NCBI RefSeq assembly: GCF_018977255.1
Contig: NW_024704742.1
Location: forward strand, 131,442,001 to 131,506,000
DNA: 64,000 bases
Direction: 5' to 3'
Origin: Callorhinchus milii
Taxonomy: Eukaryota
In this document: in pieces, positions 63,536 through 64,000 of the stretch
Numbering within the stretch: position 1 is the first letter of the stretch
Layout of the letters: each line of letters begins with the position of its first letter
Notes under the pieces: generated by a model
The model's input: only the letters and a program-made list of their open reading frames with translations
What the model was told of the DNA's origin: nothing
The model's database searches: none
Program-made: the position numbers and the translations under genes

Positions 63536-64000
63536 AATCAGAAAAGACTCTCCATTGAAACCATGTGCCTGATTCTATTGCTCTAATCTCTGCTCTTAAA
63601 ATCATTGCTTTACCTTTCAGTCGCTGACCTAGAATATCCAACTCCAAATAATTTGTAAATCTAAATTGCAGATGTAGTTTATCAGAAATATTTTTGGCCG
63701 AGAAATCTTCAGCTCACGTATCTTGCTTTTTTTCCACGGGACTCATCTGCAGGAATATATTAGTCACGGGGTTGAGCAATTTTGATTAAAAAGTTTGCAT
63801 CAAGGCTTGGCGCGTAGGAAAGTTTCCTCATATGCACTTTATTCTGGTTAATTTCCTAAAATGTTATGTAAAAGTTCTAGGACTCATGGAGTATATAGAT
63901 CTGGAGAAATTACAGTGTAGGAGGAGGCCATTCAATGCATTGAGCCGTGAAGTGATCCTAGCTCATCCACTGGAGCTAACTATTCTAATCCTAATTCCTT

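Overview
This is eukaryotic, vertebrate genomic DNA. The SINE/LINE content (Deu-domain tRNA SINEs, L2 and CR1 relics) points to a cartilaginous fish, probably a holocephalan (inference). The only host gene I can support is a CELF/Bruno-like RNA-binding protein of the CELF4/CELF6 subgroup on the minus strand: coding exon 1 is 49657-49330 and exon 2 is 46192-46110, together encoding most of RRM1. I did not find exon 3 (MNRPIQVKPAD...) by eye, so 1-46109 is probably part of a large intron 2 and >~50.7 kb is upstream flank. The intron and flank are packed with two tRNA-headed SINE families sharing an L2-type 3' tail, 5'-truncated L2 and CR1 copies, palindromic MITE-like elements and degenerate minisatellites. 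About 13.5 kb around exons 1-2 has no recognisable SINE/LINE and is rich in microsatellites whose strand polarity flips at the likely promoter. Almost all ORFs in the track are repeat or low-complexity artefacts. I see no prokaryotic-type system (CRISPR, operon, defence locus). Repeat boundaries were read by eye and are approximate, and the SINE list is not exhaustive.
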